DNA of 64,000 nucleotides from Escherichia coli (GTDB lineage Bacteria; Pseudomonadota; Gammaproteobacteria; Enterobacterales; Enterobacteriaceae): NCBI RefSeq assembly GCF_041248615.1, contig NZ_CP158426.1; one strand, 5' to 3'. Shown piece by piece: positions 48,298 to 64,000 of this stretch (position 1 is its first letter; each line of letters starts with the position of its first letter). The notes under the pieces were generated by a model. It saw only the letters and a program-made list of their open reading frames with translations, ran no database searches and was not told where the DNA came from. The position numbers and the translations under genes were made by a program.

Positions 48298-49962
48298 TCA
48301 GGCTACCTTTTCGACAGAAACGTCGGCATCAGGGCGGGTCAGCGTCATCACCGACGCCAGTTTATTCAGGGTCTTGCCCAGGGTTTGCGGAATGGCGGTG
48401 GCGGCAACAAAGCGATCCGGGCGCATCACCACCAGCGAAGCATTGTGTTGCGCGAACCAGCTACGCAGGCGACCTTGCGTATCGCCCACGCGTAGTACGC
48501 CGTCGTGGTTATCCTGTGCGGTATGAATTTGCACTTCCGGCACCACCTGAATGAAGCGTGTGCCCAACGCGCGCCACTGCTGGATTTGCTCGTCGCTCAT
48601 CCCCCACAGTAGATTGCATCCCCAGCCAATTACCGTGAAGTTCGCGCCGATCGCGTTATCGAGCAGCGTCACGTCGCCGTTTTCCAGCGTGACTTTCGGC
48701 TGAATAAACATCTTGCCGACCGGAGAGTGCTTCGCTTCGCCCTCACGCACCAGCGCACCGCCGTAATATTGCGGCATCGGCTTGAAGCGCATTTCGAGGA
48801 AGTAGCGTTTTACTGGCGGCAGATAATTCAACAGCCAGGAAACGCCGTCACGTAACGTACCCTGCCAGCGTTTCGGTGGAGCCAGCACGTTGCCCGCCGT
48901 CACGGACAGGTCAATCATCGCTTTGGCGTGATCGCGACGTTCTTGTTGATAGGTATCGAGCAGCGCATCGCGGGCTTTCCCCTGGATAACCAACGCCAGT
49001 TTCCATGCGAGGTTAAAGGCGTCGCGCATACCACTGTTATAGCCCTGCCCCTGCCACACCGGCATGATGTGCGCGGCATCGCCCGCCAGCAGTACGCGAT
49101 CAATACGAAAACGTTGCGCCAGTCGCGCGTTGTGGGTGTAGACACGCTGGCGAATCAATTCAACATTGTCCGGATTAGGCAGCACTTTGCTTAACAGCTT
49201 GCGCATATTTTGCGGCTCACGCAGCTGTTCTTCGGTTTCTCCCGGCATCACCATAAATTCAAAGCGACGTACCGCATGAGGCAGCGCGGCAGAAACATAC
49301 GGGCGCACCGGATCACAACACAAATAGATATGCGGCGTACTTAACGGATCGTTGGCGATATCTACCACAATCCACTGATTTGGCGCAGTTTTACCTTCAA
49401 ACGGCACATTCAGGGTGCGACGGACAAAACTTGCCCCACCATCACAGGCCACCAGCCACTGGGCTTTGACCGTTTCCCGCTGCCCTTCTGCCGTTTTCAG
49501 GTGCAAGGTCACTTCGTCATCTTGCTGGCTGAAGGCCTCCAGCTCGCGGGAAAACAGGCAGCGCACATTCGGAAAACGCGACAATCCTTCCAGCATCACC
49601 GCATCGACCTGAGGCTGAATAAAGGCGTTACGGCGCGGCCAGCCAAATTCATCGGTCATTGGCTGAATATCAGCAAAACAGCGACCTTTTGGGGTGAGAA
49701 AACGCATCGCGTGCCACGGCGTAGTGTGCGGCAGAACATTATCGACCAGGCCAACCGACTGCATGGTGCGCAGCGCCTCGTCATCAATACCAATCGCACG
49801 CGGGTAGTCGATCAACTTATCGAGTTTCTCCACCACCAGCACGTCAATGCCCATCTGGCCGAGATAGTTCGCCATCATCAGCCCGACCGGACCGGCACCA
49901 GCGATCGCCACCTGAACGCTATGGTTAACAGCAGGCTGGATGTCAGGGTGTTGTATTGCCAT
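48298..49962 (-). CDS. mhpA: 3-(3-hydroxyphenyl)propionate hydroxylase MhpA (FAD monooxygenase)
   Basis: 554-aa ORF; N-terminal FAD fold [18 protein letters not shown]. Confidence 0.96.
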   Translation of the reverse strand: MAIQHPDIQPAVNHSVQVAIAGAGPVGLMMANYLGQMGIDVLVVEKLDKLIDYPRAIGIDDEALRTMQSVGLVDNVLPHTTPWHAMRFLTPKGRCFADIQPMTDEFGWPRRNAFIQPQVDAVMLEGLSRFPNVRCLFSRELEAFSQQDDEVTLHLKTAEGQRETVKAQWLVACDGGASFVRRTLNVPFEGKTAPNQWIVVDIANDPLSTPHIYLCCDPVRPYVSAALPHAVRRFEFMVMPGETEEQLREPQNMRKLLSKVLPNPDNVELIRQRVYTHNARLAQRFRIDRVLLAGDAAHIMPVWQGQGYNSGMRDAFNLAWKLALVIQGKARDALLDTYQQERRDHAKAMIDLSVTAGNVLAPPKRWQGTLRDGVSWLLNYLPPVKRYFLEMRFKPMPQYYGGALVREGEAKHSPVGKMFIQPKVTLENGDVTLLDNAIGANFTVIGWGCNLLWGMSDEQIQQWRALGTRFIQVVPEVQIHTAQDNHDGVLRVGDTQGRLRSWFAQHNASLVVMRPDRFVAATAIPQTLGKTLNKLASVMTLTRPDADVSVEKVA

Positions 49963-50103
49963 TTCAGTACCTCACGACTCGGACAAAATGCCGTTGCGCG
50001 CACAGTACAGCGCAACTTATTTTGTTAAAAACATGTAAATGATTTTTTATTGTGCGCTCAGTATAGGAAGGGTGTTTTCGGCTACAATCAAAACATGCCC
50101 GAA

Positions 50104-50121
50104 TGTGCACCAGGTGCACCA
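50104..50121. promoter_or_regulatory. Putative MhpR operator in the mhpR-mhpA divergent region
   Basis: tgtgcaccaggtgcacca: two GTGCACC copies, the second within the perfect palindrome GGTGCACC, between the divergent starts of mhpA (49962) and mhpR (50153). Confidence 0.4.
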
Positions 50122-50152
50122 CGTTGTTTTAAATATATAAATGTCAATTAAT

Positions 50153-50986
50153 ATGCAGAACAATGAGCAGACGGAATACAAAACCGTGCGCGGCTTAACA
50201 CGCGGTCTAATGTTATTAAATATGTTAAATAAACTTGATGGCGGTGCCAGCGTCGGGCTGCTGGCGGAACTCAGCGGCCTGCATCGCACCACTGTGCGGC
50301 GACTGCTGGAGACGCTGCAGGAAGAGGGATATGTCCGGCGTAGTCCCTCCGATGATAGTTTCCGTTTGACCATCAAAGTGCGGCAATTAAGCGAAGGATT
50401 TCGTGACGAACAGTGGATTTCTGCACTGGCGGCCCCGCTGCTGGGCGATCTGTTGCGCGAAGTGGTTTGGCCAACAGATGTGTCCACCCTGGATGTTGAT
50501 GCAATGGTGGTACGCGAAACTACCCACCGTTTCAGCCGCTTATCCTTTCACCGGGCAATGGTCGGGCGACGGTTACCGCTTCTGAAAACCGCCTCGGGCC
50601 TGACCTGGCTGGCCTTTTGCCCGGAACAAGAACGCAAGGAATTAATCGAAATGTTAGCCACCCGTCCCGGTGATGACTATCAACTGGCACGGGAACCGTT
50701 AAAACTGGAAGCCATTCTGGCGCGGGCGCGCAAAGAGGGGTACGGACAGAACTACCGCGGCTGGGATCAAGAAGAAAAGATCGCCTCCATTGCCGTACCG
50801 CTGCGCAGTGAACAACGGGTGATTGGCTGTCTGAATCTGGTGTATATGGCGAGCGCAATGACCATTGAACAGGCAGCGGAAAAGCATCTTCCGGCGCTAC
50901 AACGGGTGGCAAAACAGATCGAAGAAGGGGTTGAATCGCAGGCTATTCTGGTGGCCGGACGGCGAAGCGGCGTGCATTTACGTTGA
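50153..50986 (+). CDS. mhpR: IclR-family transcriptional activator MhpR
   Basis: ORF track 50141-50986; start placed at MQNNEQTEYKTVRGLTRGLMLL (277 aa). Confidence 0.93.
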   Translation: MQNNEQTEYKTVRGLTRGLMLLNMLNKLDGGASVGLLAELSGLHRTTVRRLLETLQEEGYVRRSPSDDSFRLTIKVRQLSEGFRDEQWISALAAPLLGDLLREVVWPTDVSTLDVDAMVVRETTHRFSRLSFHRAMVGRRLPLLKTASGLTWLAFCPEQERKELIEMLATRPGDDYQLAREPLKLEAILARARKEGYGQNYRGWDQEEKIASIAVPLRSEQRVIGCLNLVYMASAMTIEQAAEKHLPALQRVAKQIEEGVESQAILVAGRRSGVHLR

Positions 50987-51062
50987 CACCATCGAATGGC
51001 GCAAAACCTTTCGTGGTATGGCATGATAGCGCCCGGAAGAGAGTCAATTCAGGGTGGTGAAT

Positions 51063-52145
51063 GTGAAACCAGTAACGCTATACGATGTCGCAGAGTATGC
51101 CGGTGTCTCTTATCAGACCGTTTCCCGCGTGGTGAACCAGGCCAGCCACGTTTCTGCGAAAACGCGGGAAAAAGTGGAAGCGGCGATGGCGGAGCTGAAT
51201 TACATTCCCAACCGCGTGGCACAACAACTGGCGGGCAAACAGTCGTTGCTGATTGGCGTTGCCACCTCCAGTCTGGCCCTGCACGCGCCGTCGCAAATTG
51301 TCGCGGCGATTAAATCTCGCGCCGATCAACTGGGTGCCAGCGTGGTGGTGTCGATGGTAGAACGAAGCGGCGTCGAAGCCTGTAAAGCGGCGGTACACAA
51401 TCTTCTCGCGCAACGCGTCAGTGGGCTGATCATTAACTATCCGCTGGATGACCAGAATGCCATTGCTGTGGAAGCTGCCTGCGCTAATGTTCCGGCGTTA
51501 TTTCTTGATGTCTCTGACCAGACACCCATCAACAGTATTATTTTCTCCCATGAAGACGGTACGCGACTGGGCGTGGAGCATCTGGTCGCATTGGGTCACC
51601 AGCAAATCGCTCTGTTAGCGGGCCCATTAAGTTCTGTCTCGGCACGTCTGCGCCTGGCGGGCTGGCATAAATATCTCACTCGCAATCAAATTCAGCCGAT
51701 AGCGGAACGGGAAGGCGACTGGAGTGCCATGTCCGGTTTTCAACAAACCATGCAAATGCTGAATGAGGGCATCGTTCCCACTGCGATGCTGGTTGCCAAC
51801 GATCAGATGGCGCTGGGCGCAATGCGCGCCATTACCGAGTCCGGGCTGCGCGTTGGTGCGGATATCTCGGTAGTGGGATACGACGATACCGAAGACAGCT
51901 CGTGTTATATCCCGCCGTTAACCACCATCAAACAGGATTTTCGCCTGCTGGGGCAAACCAGCGTGGACCGCTTGCTGCAACTCTCTCAGGGCCAGGCGGT
52001 GAAGGGCAATCAGCTGTTGCCCGTCTCACTGGTGAAAAGAAAAACCACCCTTCCGCCCAATACGCAAACCGCTTCTCCCCAGGCGTTGGCAGATTCTTTA
52101 ATGCAGCTGGCGCGACAAATTTCCCGACTCGAAAGCGGGCAGTGA
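51063..52145 (+). CDS. lacI: Lactose operon repressor LacI
   Basis: ORF track 51054-52145; start placed at GTG 51063 (VKPVTLYDVAEYAGVSYQTVSRVVNQ, giving 360 aa). Confidence 0.97.
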   Translation: MKPVTLYDVAEYAGVSYQTVSRVVNQASHVSAKTREKVEAAMAELNYIPNRVAQQLAGKQSLLIGVATSSLALHAPSQIVAAIKSRADQLGASVVVSMVERSGVEACKAAVHNLLAQRVSGLIINYPLDDQNAIAVEAACANVPALFLDVSDQTPINSIIFSHEDGTRLGVEHLVALGHQQIALLAGPLSSVSARLRLAGWHKYLTRNQIQPIAEREGDWSAMSGFQQTMQMLNEGIVPTAMLVANDQMALGAMRAITESGLRVGADISVVGYDDTEDSSCYIPPLTTIKQDFRLLGQTSVDRLLQLSQGQAVKGNQLLPVSLVKRKTTLPPNTQTASPQALADSLMQLARQISRLESGQ

Positions 52146-52158
52146 GCGCAACGCAATT
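52138..52158 (+). promoter_or_regulatory. lac auxiliary operator O3
   Basis: ggcagtgagcgcaacgcaatt overlapping the lacI stop codon, matching the known O3 sequence. Confidence 0.7.
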
Positions 52159-52179
52159 AATGTGAGTCAGCTCACTCAT
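52158..52179 (+). promoter_or_regulatory. CRP (CAP) binding site of the lac promoter
   Basis: taatgtgagtcagctcactcat, TGTGA-N6-TCACT core; differs from the K-12 sequence as I recall it (gagtTagc) by one base at 52168. Confidence 0.8.
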
Positions 52180-52193
52180 TAGGCACCCCAGGC

Positions 52194-52223
52194 TTTACAC
52201 TTTATGCGTCCGGCTCGTATGTT
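52194..52223 (+). promoter_or_regulatory. lac promoter -35 (TTTACA) and -10 (TATGTT) hexamers
   Basis: tttaca at 52194-52199, 18-bp spacer, tatgtt at 52218-52223; spacer reads ctttatgcGtccggctcg versus the recalled K-12 ctttatgcTtccggctcg. Confidence 0.85.
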
Positions 52224-52229
52224 GTGTGG

Positions 52230-55342
<3,113 letters not shown>

Positions 55343-55348
55343 TAATAA

Positions 55349-56647
<1,299 letters not shown>

Positions 56648-56655
56648 GCAATCAA

Positions 56656-56692
56656 TGTCGGATGCGGCGCGAGCGCCTTATCCGACCAACAT
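56656..56692. repeat. REP element between lacY and lacA
   Basis: gtcggatgcggcgcgagcgccttatccgacc palindrome. Confidence 0.8.
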
Positions 56693-56712
56693 ATCAGGAC
56701 GGAATGATCGCA

Positions 56713-57324
56713 ATGAACATGCCAATGACCGAAAGAATAAAAGCAGGCAAGCTATTTACCGATATGTGCGAAGGCTTACCGGAAAAAAGACTTCGTGGGA
56801 AAACGTTAATGTATGAGTTTAATCACTCGCATCCATCAGAAGTTGAAAAAAGAGAAAGCCTGATTAAAGAAATGTTTGCCACGGTAGGGGAAAACGCCTG
56901 GGTAGAACCACCCGTCTATTTCTCTTACGGTTCCAACATCCATATAGGCCGCAATTTTTATGCAAATTTCAATTTAACCATTGTAGACGACTACACGGTA
57001 ACGATCGGTGATAACGTATTGATTGCACCCAATGTTACTCTTTCCGTTACGGGACACCCTGTACACCATGAATTGAGAAAAAACGGTGAGATGTACTCTT
57101 TTCCGATAACGATTGGCAATAACGTCTGGATCGGAAGTCATGTGGTTATTAATCCAGGCGTCACCATCGGGGATAATTCTGTTATTGGCGCGGGTAGTGT
57201 CGTCACAAAAGACATTCCACCAAACGTCGTGGCTGCTGGCGTTCCTTGTCGGGTTATTCGCGAAATAAACGACCGGGATAAGCACTATTATTACAAAGAT
57301 TATAAAGTTGAGCCTTCAGTTTAA
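56713..57324 (+). CDS. lacA: Galactoside O-acetyltransferase LacA
   Basis: ORF track 56662-57324; start placed at MNMPMTERIKAGKLF (203 aa); hexapeptide-repeat acetyltransferase. Confidence 0.96.
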   Translation: MNMPMTERIKAGKLFTDMCEGLPEKRLRGKTLMYEFNHSHPSEVEKRESLIKEMFATVGENAWVEPPVYFSYGSNIHIGRNFYANFNLTIVDDYTVTIGDNVLIAPNVTLSVTGHPVHHELRKNGEMYSFPITIGNNVWIGSHVVINPGVTIGDNSVIGAGSVVTKDIPPNVVAAGVPCRVIREINDRDKHYYYKDYKVEPSV

Positions 57325-57342
57325 ATAAGCACTGAAATAAAT

Positions 57343-57370
57343 GTCGGATGCGCCATTGGGCACATCCGAC
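57343..57370. terminator. Bidirectional hairpin (REP-like) between convergent lacA and cynX
   Basis: Stem gtcggatgcg/cacatccgac around the loop ccattggg. Confidence 0.5.
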
Positions 57371-57411
57371 AATAATTCACTCTTCCATTATCTGGCGAAA
57401 CAAGCGTCGCA

Positions 57412-58566
57412 TCATGCCTCTTTGACCCACAGCTGCGGAAAACGTGCTGGTGCAAAACGCAGGGTTATGATCATCAGCCCAACGACGCACAGCGCATGAA
57501 ACGCCCAGTCCATCAAGTAATTGCCACTGATACTACGCAGCACGCCAGAAAACCAGGGAGCAAGCCCGGCGATGATAAAACCGATCCCCTGCATAAACGC
57601 CACCAGTTTGCCAGCAATAGCCGGTTGCGCAGAGTGATCGAGCGCCAGCAGCAAACAGAACGGAAATGCGCCGCCCAGACCTAATCCACACACCATTGCC
57701 CACAATACCGGCAATTGCAGCGGCAGCCAGATAAAGCCGCAGAACCCCACCAGTTGTAACGCCAGCGCCAGCATCAAAAGTTTCCGCCGATCCTGATGGC
57801 GAGCCATAGCAGGCATCAGCAATGCCCCTGCTGCTTGCCCAAGCGTCATCAATGCCAGCAAGGAACCGCTGTACTGCGCGCTGGCACCAATCTCAATATA
57901 GAAAGCGGGTAACCAGGCAATCAGGCTGGCGTAACCGCCGTTAATCAGACCGAAGTAAACACCCAGCGTCCACGCGCGGGGAGTAAATACCACGCGAACC
58001 GGAGTGGTTGTTGTCTTGTGAGAAGAGGCGACCTCGCGGGCGCTTTGCCACCACCAGGCAAAGAGCGCAACAACGGCAGGCAGCGCCCACCAGGCGAGTG
58101 TTTGATACCAGGTTTCGCTATGTTGAACTAACCATGGCGTCATGGCGGCACCAAGTCCACCGCCGCCCATCAGAGCCGCGGACCACAGCCCCATCACCAG
58201 TGGCGTGCGCTGCTGAAACCGCCGTTTAATCACCGAAGGCATCACTGCCTGAATGATGCCGATCCCCACTCCACCAAGCAGTGCGCTGCTAAGCAGCAGC
58301 GCACTTTGGGGGTAAAGCTCACGCATCAATGCACCGACGGCAATCAGCAACAAACTGATGGCGACGCTGCGACGTTCGCTGACATGCTGATGAAGCCAGC
58401 TTCCGGCCAGCGCCAGCCCGCCCATGGTAACCACCGGCAGAGCGGTCAACAGGGCTGCCACGCTAAAGCTCATTCCACTCGCCTGACGCAATTGCGGTAG
58501 CAGTGGTCCGACGGAGGTGAGCAGTGGTCGCATATTAAGACCAATCAGCACCAGAACCAGCAGCAT
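57412..58566 (-). CDS. cynX: Cyanate MFS transporter CynX
   Basis: ORF track 57412-58593; start placed at MLLVLVLIGLNMRPLLTSVGPLLP (384 aa); an upstream start is possible. Confidence 0.9.
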   Translation of the reverse strand: MLLVLVLIGLNMRPLLTSVGPLLPQLRQASGMSFSVAALLTALPVVTMGGLALAGSWLHQHVSERRSVAISLLLIAVGALMRELYPQSALLLSSALLGGVGIGIIQAVMPSVIKRRFQQRTPLVMGLWSAALMGGGGLGAAMTPWLVQHSETWYQTLAWWALPAVVALFAWWWQSAREVASSHKTTTTPVRVVFTPRAWTLGVYFGLINGGYASLIAWLPAFYIEIGASAQYSGSLLALMTLGQAAGALLMPAMARHQDRRKLLMLALALQLVGFCGFIWLPLQLPVLWAMVCGLGLGGAFPFCLLLALDHSAQPAIAGKLVAFMQGIGFIIAGLAPWFSGVLRSISGNYLMDWAFHALCVVGLMIITLRFAPARFPQLWVKEA

Positions 58567-58598
58567 CGTGAACGTCTTTTGATGGTCGCGCATGGTTG

Positions 58599-59087
<489 letters not shown>

Positions 59088-59099
59088 TTAAAAATAAGG

Positions 59100-59759
59100 T
59101 TACGCTGCGGTCGGTTGGCGTAGCGGTATGGCACAAACGCGAGGATTAGCGGCCAGTGGCACAAACTGGCGGGTTGCGCCGTCAAAAGCTGCGATGCTGC
59201 CGCTTTCAATGTCGTAGACCCAGCCGTGCAGGGCGATCCGCCCCTCTTCGAGCGCCAGGCGCACCGATGGATGAGTTTGCAAATTAGCCAACTGAGCAAT
59301 GACGTTTTCACGTACCATCGCCGCAGCTTTTGACGGTAAATCGGGATGCGGGCGCGCCTCATTAACGACGCGGGCTGAATCGGCATAACGCAGCCAGTGG
59401 GAGACGGCAGGCATATGGTCCATGCACTGACAGCTGGCAATGGCGGTCATCGCGCCACAGTTGGAATGACCGCAAATCACAATGTCAGATACCCGAAGCG
59501 CAGCGACGGCATACTCCACCGAAGCAGAAACGCCACCGGGTTCCGGCCCGTAGGAAGGGACGATATTGCCCGCGTTGCGAATAACGAACAGATCGCCAGG
59601 CTCACGTTGCGTCACCAGCTCAGGGACCAGACGGCTGTCGGAGCAGGAGATAAAAAGTGTGCGCGGGCTTTGCTGTGTCGCCAGCTGTTTAAACAAGGCT
59701 TCCCGCTTCGGAAATGCCTCGCGCTGGAATTTAAGGAATCCATCAATAATCTCTTTCAC
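59100..59759 (-). CDS. cynT: Beta-class carbonic anhydrase CynT
   Basis: 219-aa ORF; zinc ligands in CSDSR and HSNCGA motifs. Confidence 0.96.
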   Translation of the reverse strand: MKEIIDGFLKFQREAFPKREALFKQLATQQSPRTLFISCSDSRLVPELVTQREPGDLFVIRNAGNIVPSYGPEPGGVSASVEYAVAALRVSDIVICGHSNCGAMTAIASCQCMDHMPAVSHWLRYADSARVVNEARPHPDLPSKAAAMVRENVIAQLANLQTHPSVRLALEEGRIALHGWVYDIESGSIAAFDGATRQFVPLAANPRVCAIPLRQPTAA

Positions 59760-59868
59760 CGTTAACCTCTGTCTGTCTCTGGAATGAGAGGCAGACTACT
59801 CGCCGATTGTCATAAGGTAAAAGTCTCATTTATGATGAGTTCTATTGGATTTATTTATAGGTTGGCGA

Positions 59869-60768
59869 ATGCTCTCTCGACATATCAATTATTTTCTTGC
59901 CGTGGCTGAACATGGCAGCTTTACCCGTGCCGCCAGTGCGTTGCACGTCTCCCAGCCTGCGCTTTCCCAGCAGATTCGCCAGTTAGAGGAAAGTTTGGGC
60001 GTGCCGCTGTTTGACCGTAGCGGGCGAACGATTCGTCTCACTGATGCGGGAGAAGTCTGGCGACAGTACGCCAGCCGGGCGTTACAGGAACTGGGGGCGG
60101 GTAAACGGGCGATTCATGATGTTGCCGATCTGACGCGAGGATCGCTGCGTATCGCCGTCACTCCCACCTTTACAAGCTACTTTATCGGCCCTTTAATGGC
60201 GGATTTCTATGCGCGCTACCCCGGCATCACGCTCCAGCTACAGGAAATGTCGCAGGAGAAAATCGAAGATCTGCTTTGTCGCGACGAGCTGGACGTTGGG
60301 ATTGCCTTCGCACCTGTGCATTCGCCGGAGCTGGAGGCAATTCCTTTACTGACAGAAAGTTTAGCGTTAGTCGTGGCGCAACATCATCCGCTGGCTGCCT
60401 GTGAACAGGTGGCGTTGAGTCGCTTGCATGATGAAAAACTGGTCCTGCTCAGCGCGGAATTTGCCACCAGAGAGCAAATTGACCACTACTGCGAGAAAGC
60501 GGGGCTACATCCACAGGTGGTCATTGAGGCGAACTCAATTAGCGCGGTTCTGGAGCTGATTCGCCGCACTTCCCTTTCCACATTGTTACCAGCAGCGATT
60601 GCCACACAACATGACGGGCTTAAAGCGATTTCTCTTGCCCCGCCACTACTGGAGAGAACGGCGGTTTTGTTGCGGCGGAAAAATAGCTGGCAGACTGCCG
60701 CTGCGAAGGCATTTTTGCACATGGCGTTGGAGGAATGTGCGGATGTTGGCGGAAATGAATCGCGGTAA
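59869..60768 (+). CDS. cynR: LysR-family activator of the cyn operon CynR
   Basis: ORF track 59845-60768; start placed at [41 protein letters not shown] (299 aa). Confidence 0.94.
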   Translation: MLSRHINYFLAVAEHGSFTRAASALHVSQPALSQQIRQLEESLGVPLFDRSGRTIRLTDAGEVWRQYASRALQELGAGKRAIHDVADLTRGSLRIAVTPTFTSYFIGPLMADFYARYPGITLQLQEMSQEKIEDLLCRDELDVGIAFAPVHSPELEAIPLLTESLALVVAQHHPLAACEQVALSRLHDEKLVLLSAEFATREQIDHYCEKAGLHPQVVIEANSISAVLELIRRTSLSTLLPAAIATQHDGLKAISLAPPLLERTAVLLRRKNSWQTAAAKAFLHMALEECADVGGNESR

Positions 60769-60782
60769 CCACTGACACAATT

Positions 60783-60865
60783 GCCTGATGCGCTACGCTT
60801 ATCAGGCCTACGAGTTCAGTGCTCTACGTAGGCCGGATAAGGCGTTCACGCCGCATCCGGCATAA
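60783..60865. repeat. REP/BIME elements between cynR and codA
   Basis: gcctgatgcgctacgcttatcaggcctac... and ...ggccggataaggcgttcacgccgcatccggc palindromes. Confidence 0.8.
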
Positions 60866-60900
60866 ACTACGCTCGCTTTGTCAACACACAGCCCAGCCGA

Positions 60901-62184
60901 TCACCGTTTGTAATCGATGGCTTCTGGCTGCTCCAGATATACGGTGGTTTGTGCCGGTTGTGTGCTGGCAATCACCTTGCCGCCACGTACCGAATAACGT
61001 ACCGGAACCTGACGGCGCAGCGCATCAAACCCATTTTCAGCCGGCAGGATAATCAGGTTGGCGCTGTTTCCGGCGGCAATGCCATAATCCTGCAAATTCA
61101 ACGTCCTTGCGCTGTGGTGGGTGATTAAATTCAGGCCATCGTTAATCTGCCCGTAGCCCATCAACTGGCAAACATGCAGCCCCATATGCAGCACTTGCAG
61201 CATATTCGCCGTTCCCAGCGGATACCACGGATCGAAGACATCATCGTGACCAAAGCAGACGTTAATGCCGGACTCCAGCATCTCTTTAACGCGCGTGATG
61301 CCGCGACGTTTTGGATACGTATCGAAACGTCCTTGCAGATGAATATTGACCAGCGGGTTGGCGACAAAGTTAATACCGGACATTTTCAGCAAGCGGAACA
61401 GGCGTGAGGTATACGCCCCGTTATAGGAGTGCATTGCCGTGGTGTGGCTGGCGGTGACTCGCGCGCCCATGCCTTCACGGTGCGCCAGGGCTGCAACGGT
61501 TTCGACAAAGCGCGACTGTTCGTCATCAATCTCATCACAGTGAACGTCGATGAGACGGTCGTATTTTTGCGACAGGGCGAAGGTTTTATGCAGCGACTCC
61601 ACGCCGTATTCACGGGTAAATTCAAAATGCGGAATCGCCCCCACTACGTCTGCCCCTAAGCGTAACGCCTCTTCCAGCAACGCTTCACCATTGGGATACG
61701 ACAAAATCCCTTCCTGCGGGAAGGCGACGATTTGCAGATCAATCCACGGCGCGACTTCCTGCTTCACTTCCAGCATTGCTTTCAGCGCAGTCAGCGTTGC
61801 GTCCGAAACATCGACATGGGTACGCACATGCTGAATACCGTTGGCAATCTGCCATTTCAGCGTTTGCCAGGCGCGTTGTTTCACATCGTCATGGGTTAAT
61901 AACGCTTTGCGCTCGGCCCAGCGTTCAATGCCTTCAAACAGCGTGCCGGACTGATTCCAGTTCGGTTGTCCGGCGGTTTGCGTGGTGTCCAGGTGAATAT
62001 GCGGCTCCACAAACGGCGGTATAACTAAACCTTGTTCGGCATCCAGGCTGTTTTCAGTTACGGGCATCACGCCGGATTGCGCATCAATGGCGCTGATTTT
62101 TCCGTCGTGAAGATGAATCTGCCACAGCCCCTCTTTGCCGGGTAACCGGGCGTTAATAATTGTTTGTAAAGCGTTATTCGACAC
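60901..62184 (-). CDS. codA: Cytosine deaminase CodA
   Basis: ORF track 60901-62199; start placed at GTG 62182-62184 ([16 protein letters not shown], giving 427 aa); amidohydrolase metal-binding HxH (EPHIHLD). Confidence 0.96.
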   Translation of the reverse strand: MSNNALQTIINARLPGKEGLWQIHLHDGKISAIDAQSGVMPVTENSLDAEQGLVIPPFVEPHIHLDTTQTAGQPNWNQSGTLFEGIERWAERKALLTHDDVKQRAWQTLKWQIANGIQHVRTHVDVSDATLTALKAMLEVKQEVAPWIDLQIVAFPQEGILSYPNGEALLEEALRLGADVVGAIPHFEFTREYGVESLHKTFALSQKYDRLIDVHCDEIDDEQSRFVETVAALAHREGMGARVTASHTTAMHSYNGAYTSRLFRLLKMSGINFVANPLVNIHLQGRFDTYPKRRGITRVKEMLESGINVCFGHDDVFDPWYPLGTANMLQVLHMGLHVCQLMGYGQINDGLNLITHHSARTLNLQDYGIAAGNSANLIILPAENGFDALRRQVPVRYSVRGGKVIASTQPAQTTVYLEQPEAIDYKR

Positions 62185-63433
62185 TGTTAGCCTCCACATG
62201 CGTCATTGCTGCTGTCGTTTTACGATTCAAAATCGGGTTAAGGATCAGATAGCTCAGCGCGCCACCTAATACCGCGTTGACCGGAACAATACCCGGTAAC
62301 CAGTGGCCTGCGGCAATCCCCAGCGCGACAGCCAGAATCGCCACCCAATTGACACTCATCATACGCGTGGTCGCAAAGTGCTCATAGCGGCGACGGTTCA
62401 TCAGATAGTCAGCGATGATCACGCCCCCTACCGGAGGAATAGCTGCCGAAAGGAAGGTCAGCCAGCCGACAAAATTGTTATACAACCATAATGCGCAGAC
62501 CGTACCGATAATACCGTTAATCACCGAAAGGGTTTTACTCGACATACCAGTAATGTTGGCGAAACCTAAACCCGACGCATAGAGCGCGTTATCGTTGGTG
62601 GTCCAGATATTCAGCCCCAGCACCACAATCGCAGGCAGCAGCAGACCCTGAGCAATCATCACATCAGAGATATCCGCCATCCCCAGTGCCGCAGCACCCG
62701 CTGCACCGAAAATAAACATCAACGAGTTGCCGAGGAAAAAGGCCACCATCGCCACCAGCACCGCCAGTTTGGCATTACGACCAAACCGGACAAAGTCAGC
62801 GGTGAGCGTGCCCGCACTGATAAATGACCCCACAACCAGCGCCAGCGCGACATTGAAATCTAACGGTTGTGCGGGAACGACCGCTTTTAATGCGTCCAGG
62901 CCGCCCATGCCGTTAACGGCCAGCCACACGGAATAACCGCCAAGACAGGCGATAGCCGGAACCGCAATCACCGAAAGAACCGTCAGCGCCGAAATGCCAA
63001 AGAAGACGGTGACGGTCATCAGTAAACCGGAAACGGCAATCAGCAAATTAATATCCAGCCCGGTTGCCTTGCCCACCGGAATAGCAAACATCGCCACGCC
63101 AACGCCAAACCAGCCGACCTGAGTGCCGCCCAGCAGCAGTGAAGGCAGCCATGAGCCTTTAACACCAAAAGAGAAGCGAGCAAGAAGATGAGTGGTCAGG
63201 CCGGTTTTTGCGCCAATGTAACCAAGAAATGAAGTGTAAATACCGAGGAGAAGATTACCGATGAGGACTGCGAGGAAGAAATCATGATAGCTAAGACCGG
63301 TTCCGAGAGTGCCGCCGGTCCACATACTGGCGGAAAAGAAGGTTAATCCCAGCATGACGAACGTCAATGCCAATACCCCTTTCCGCGCCGACTGCGGGAC
63401 TGGCCCCTGGCTAAAGTTGTTATCTTGCGACAC
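62174..63433 (-). CDS. codB: Cytosine permease CodB
   Basis: 419-aa [32 protein letters not shown]...; 3' end overlaps the codA start by 11 nt. Confidence 0.96.
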   Translation of the reverse strand: MSQDNNFSQGPVPQSARKGVLALTFVMLGLTFFSASMWTGGTLGTGLSYHDFFLAVLIGNLLLGIYTSFLGYIGAKTGLTTHLLARFSFGVKGSWLPSLLLGGTQVGWFGVGVAMFAIPVGKATGLDINLLIAVSGLLMTVTVFFGISALTVLSVIAVPAIACLGGYSVWLAVNGMGGLDALKAVVPAQPLDFNVALALVVGSFISAGTLTADFVRFGRNAKLAVLVAMVAFFLGNSLMFIFGAAGAAALGMADISDVMIAQGLLLPAIVVLGLNIWTTNDNALYASGLGFANITGMSSKTLSVINGIIGTVCALWLYNNFVGWLTFLSAAIPPVGGVIIADYLMNRRRYEHFATTRMMSVNWVAILAVALGIAAGHWLPGIVPVNAVLGGALSYLILNPILNRKTTAAMTHVEANSVE

Positions 63434-63599
63434 GAAATTCCCCCTTTTTGCTGTTTGAAACCCAAAAAATCCGCCGCATTCTATTCATCTGAAGATAAAA
63501 AGCAATCGTTTTCGTGGGGAAATATATTTTTTATATGAATGAGTGCAAAAAGGTGGGGGAAAAATTATCGGTGTAAAAACAGTGGGTAGCCATAATAAG

Positions 63600-63665
63600 A
63601 CGCGGTAAGCGTCGCATCAGGCATCGGCGCATGGTGTCGGATGCGCCACGCGACGCATCCGACAA
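63600..63665. repeat. REP elements between codB and prpE
   Basis: gcggtaagcgtcgcatcaggcatcggcgcatggtgtcggatgcgccacgcgacgcatccgac palindromic units. Confidence 0.8.
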
Positions 63666-63669
63666 TACC

Positions 63670-64000
63670 TTACTCTTCCATCGCCTGGCGGATCTGATCC
63701 AACGACGCAGGATCATCAATGGTCGTCAGATCCCCAGGATCGCGTCCTTCGCAAATCGCCTGGATCGTGCGCCGCAGCATTTTTCCGGATCGCGTTTTTG
63801 GCAATTGCGAGACAAACCAGACGTGCGCCGGGCGACCAAAGTTGCCAATCTGGCTGTCCACCAGCGCCATAATCGCCTTCTCTTGCGAGTGCGCCACGTC
63901 TCGGTCTTCCAGACTGTCGCTCTCTTTCGGAATGACAAACGCCACCGCCACCTGCCCTTTCAGCGCATCTTTCACCCCAACCACTGCCACTTCGGCAACG
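63670..64000 (-). CDS. prpE: Propionyl-CoA synthetase PrpE, C-terminal part (gene continues beyond window end)
   Basis: Minus-strand frame open to the window edge; C-terminal sequence ...GKVAVAFVIPKESDSLEDRDVAHSQEKAIMALVDSQIGNFGRPAHVWFVSQLPKTRSGKMLRRTIQAICEGRDPGDLTTIDDPASLDQIRQAMEE is typical of acyl-CoA synthetases; location after codB fits prpE. Confidence 0.85.
   Translation of the reverse strand, partial: VAEVAVVGVKDALKGQVAVAFVIPKESDSLEDRDVAHSQEKAIMALVDSQIGNFGRPAHVWFVSQLPKTRSGKMLRRTIQAICEGRDPGDLTTIDDPASLDQIRQAMEE

Overview
This window is Escherichia coli chromosome, the reverse complement of the K-12 map interval brnQ-phoRB-sbcDC-araJ-mak-rdgC-ppnP-aroLM-proC-dgcC-phoA-ddlA-sbmA-ampH-yaiT-hemB-tauABCD-yaiSPXO-frmRAB-mhpRABCDFET-lacIZYA-cynRTSX-codAB-prpE. 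Gene identities were assigned by recognising the translated ORFs; no search was run. The sequence is not identical to K-12 MG1655 as I recall it: the lac control region and LacZ carry substitutions, yaiT is interrupted by a complete IS2 (1331 bp, 5-bp target duplication GTCAG) where K-12 has IS3, and yaiX is intact where K-12 carries IS2. Almost all of the window is well-characterised core genome. I found no CRISPR array, prophage, toxin-antitoxin pair or recognisable defence system. The best candidate for an under-described system is the tightly packed yaiS-yaiP-yaiX-yaiO operon (PIG-L deacetylase, membrane synthase-type GT2 glycosyltransferase, hexapeptide-repeat acyltransferase, outer-membrane beta-barrel), which sits behind a 608-bp AT-rich divergent region and looks like a small synthase-dependent surface glycan module. 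Other points worth a second look are the 152-nt out-of-frame yaiP/yaiX overlap, the recent-looking IS2 insertion in yaiT, the FrmR and MhpR operator palindromes, and the absence of an ATG start for tauC. All coordinates were counted by hand and may be off by a base or two.
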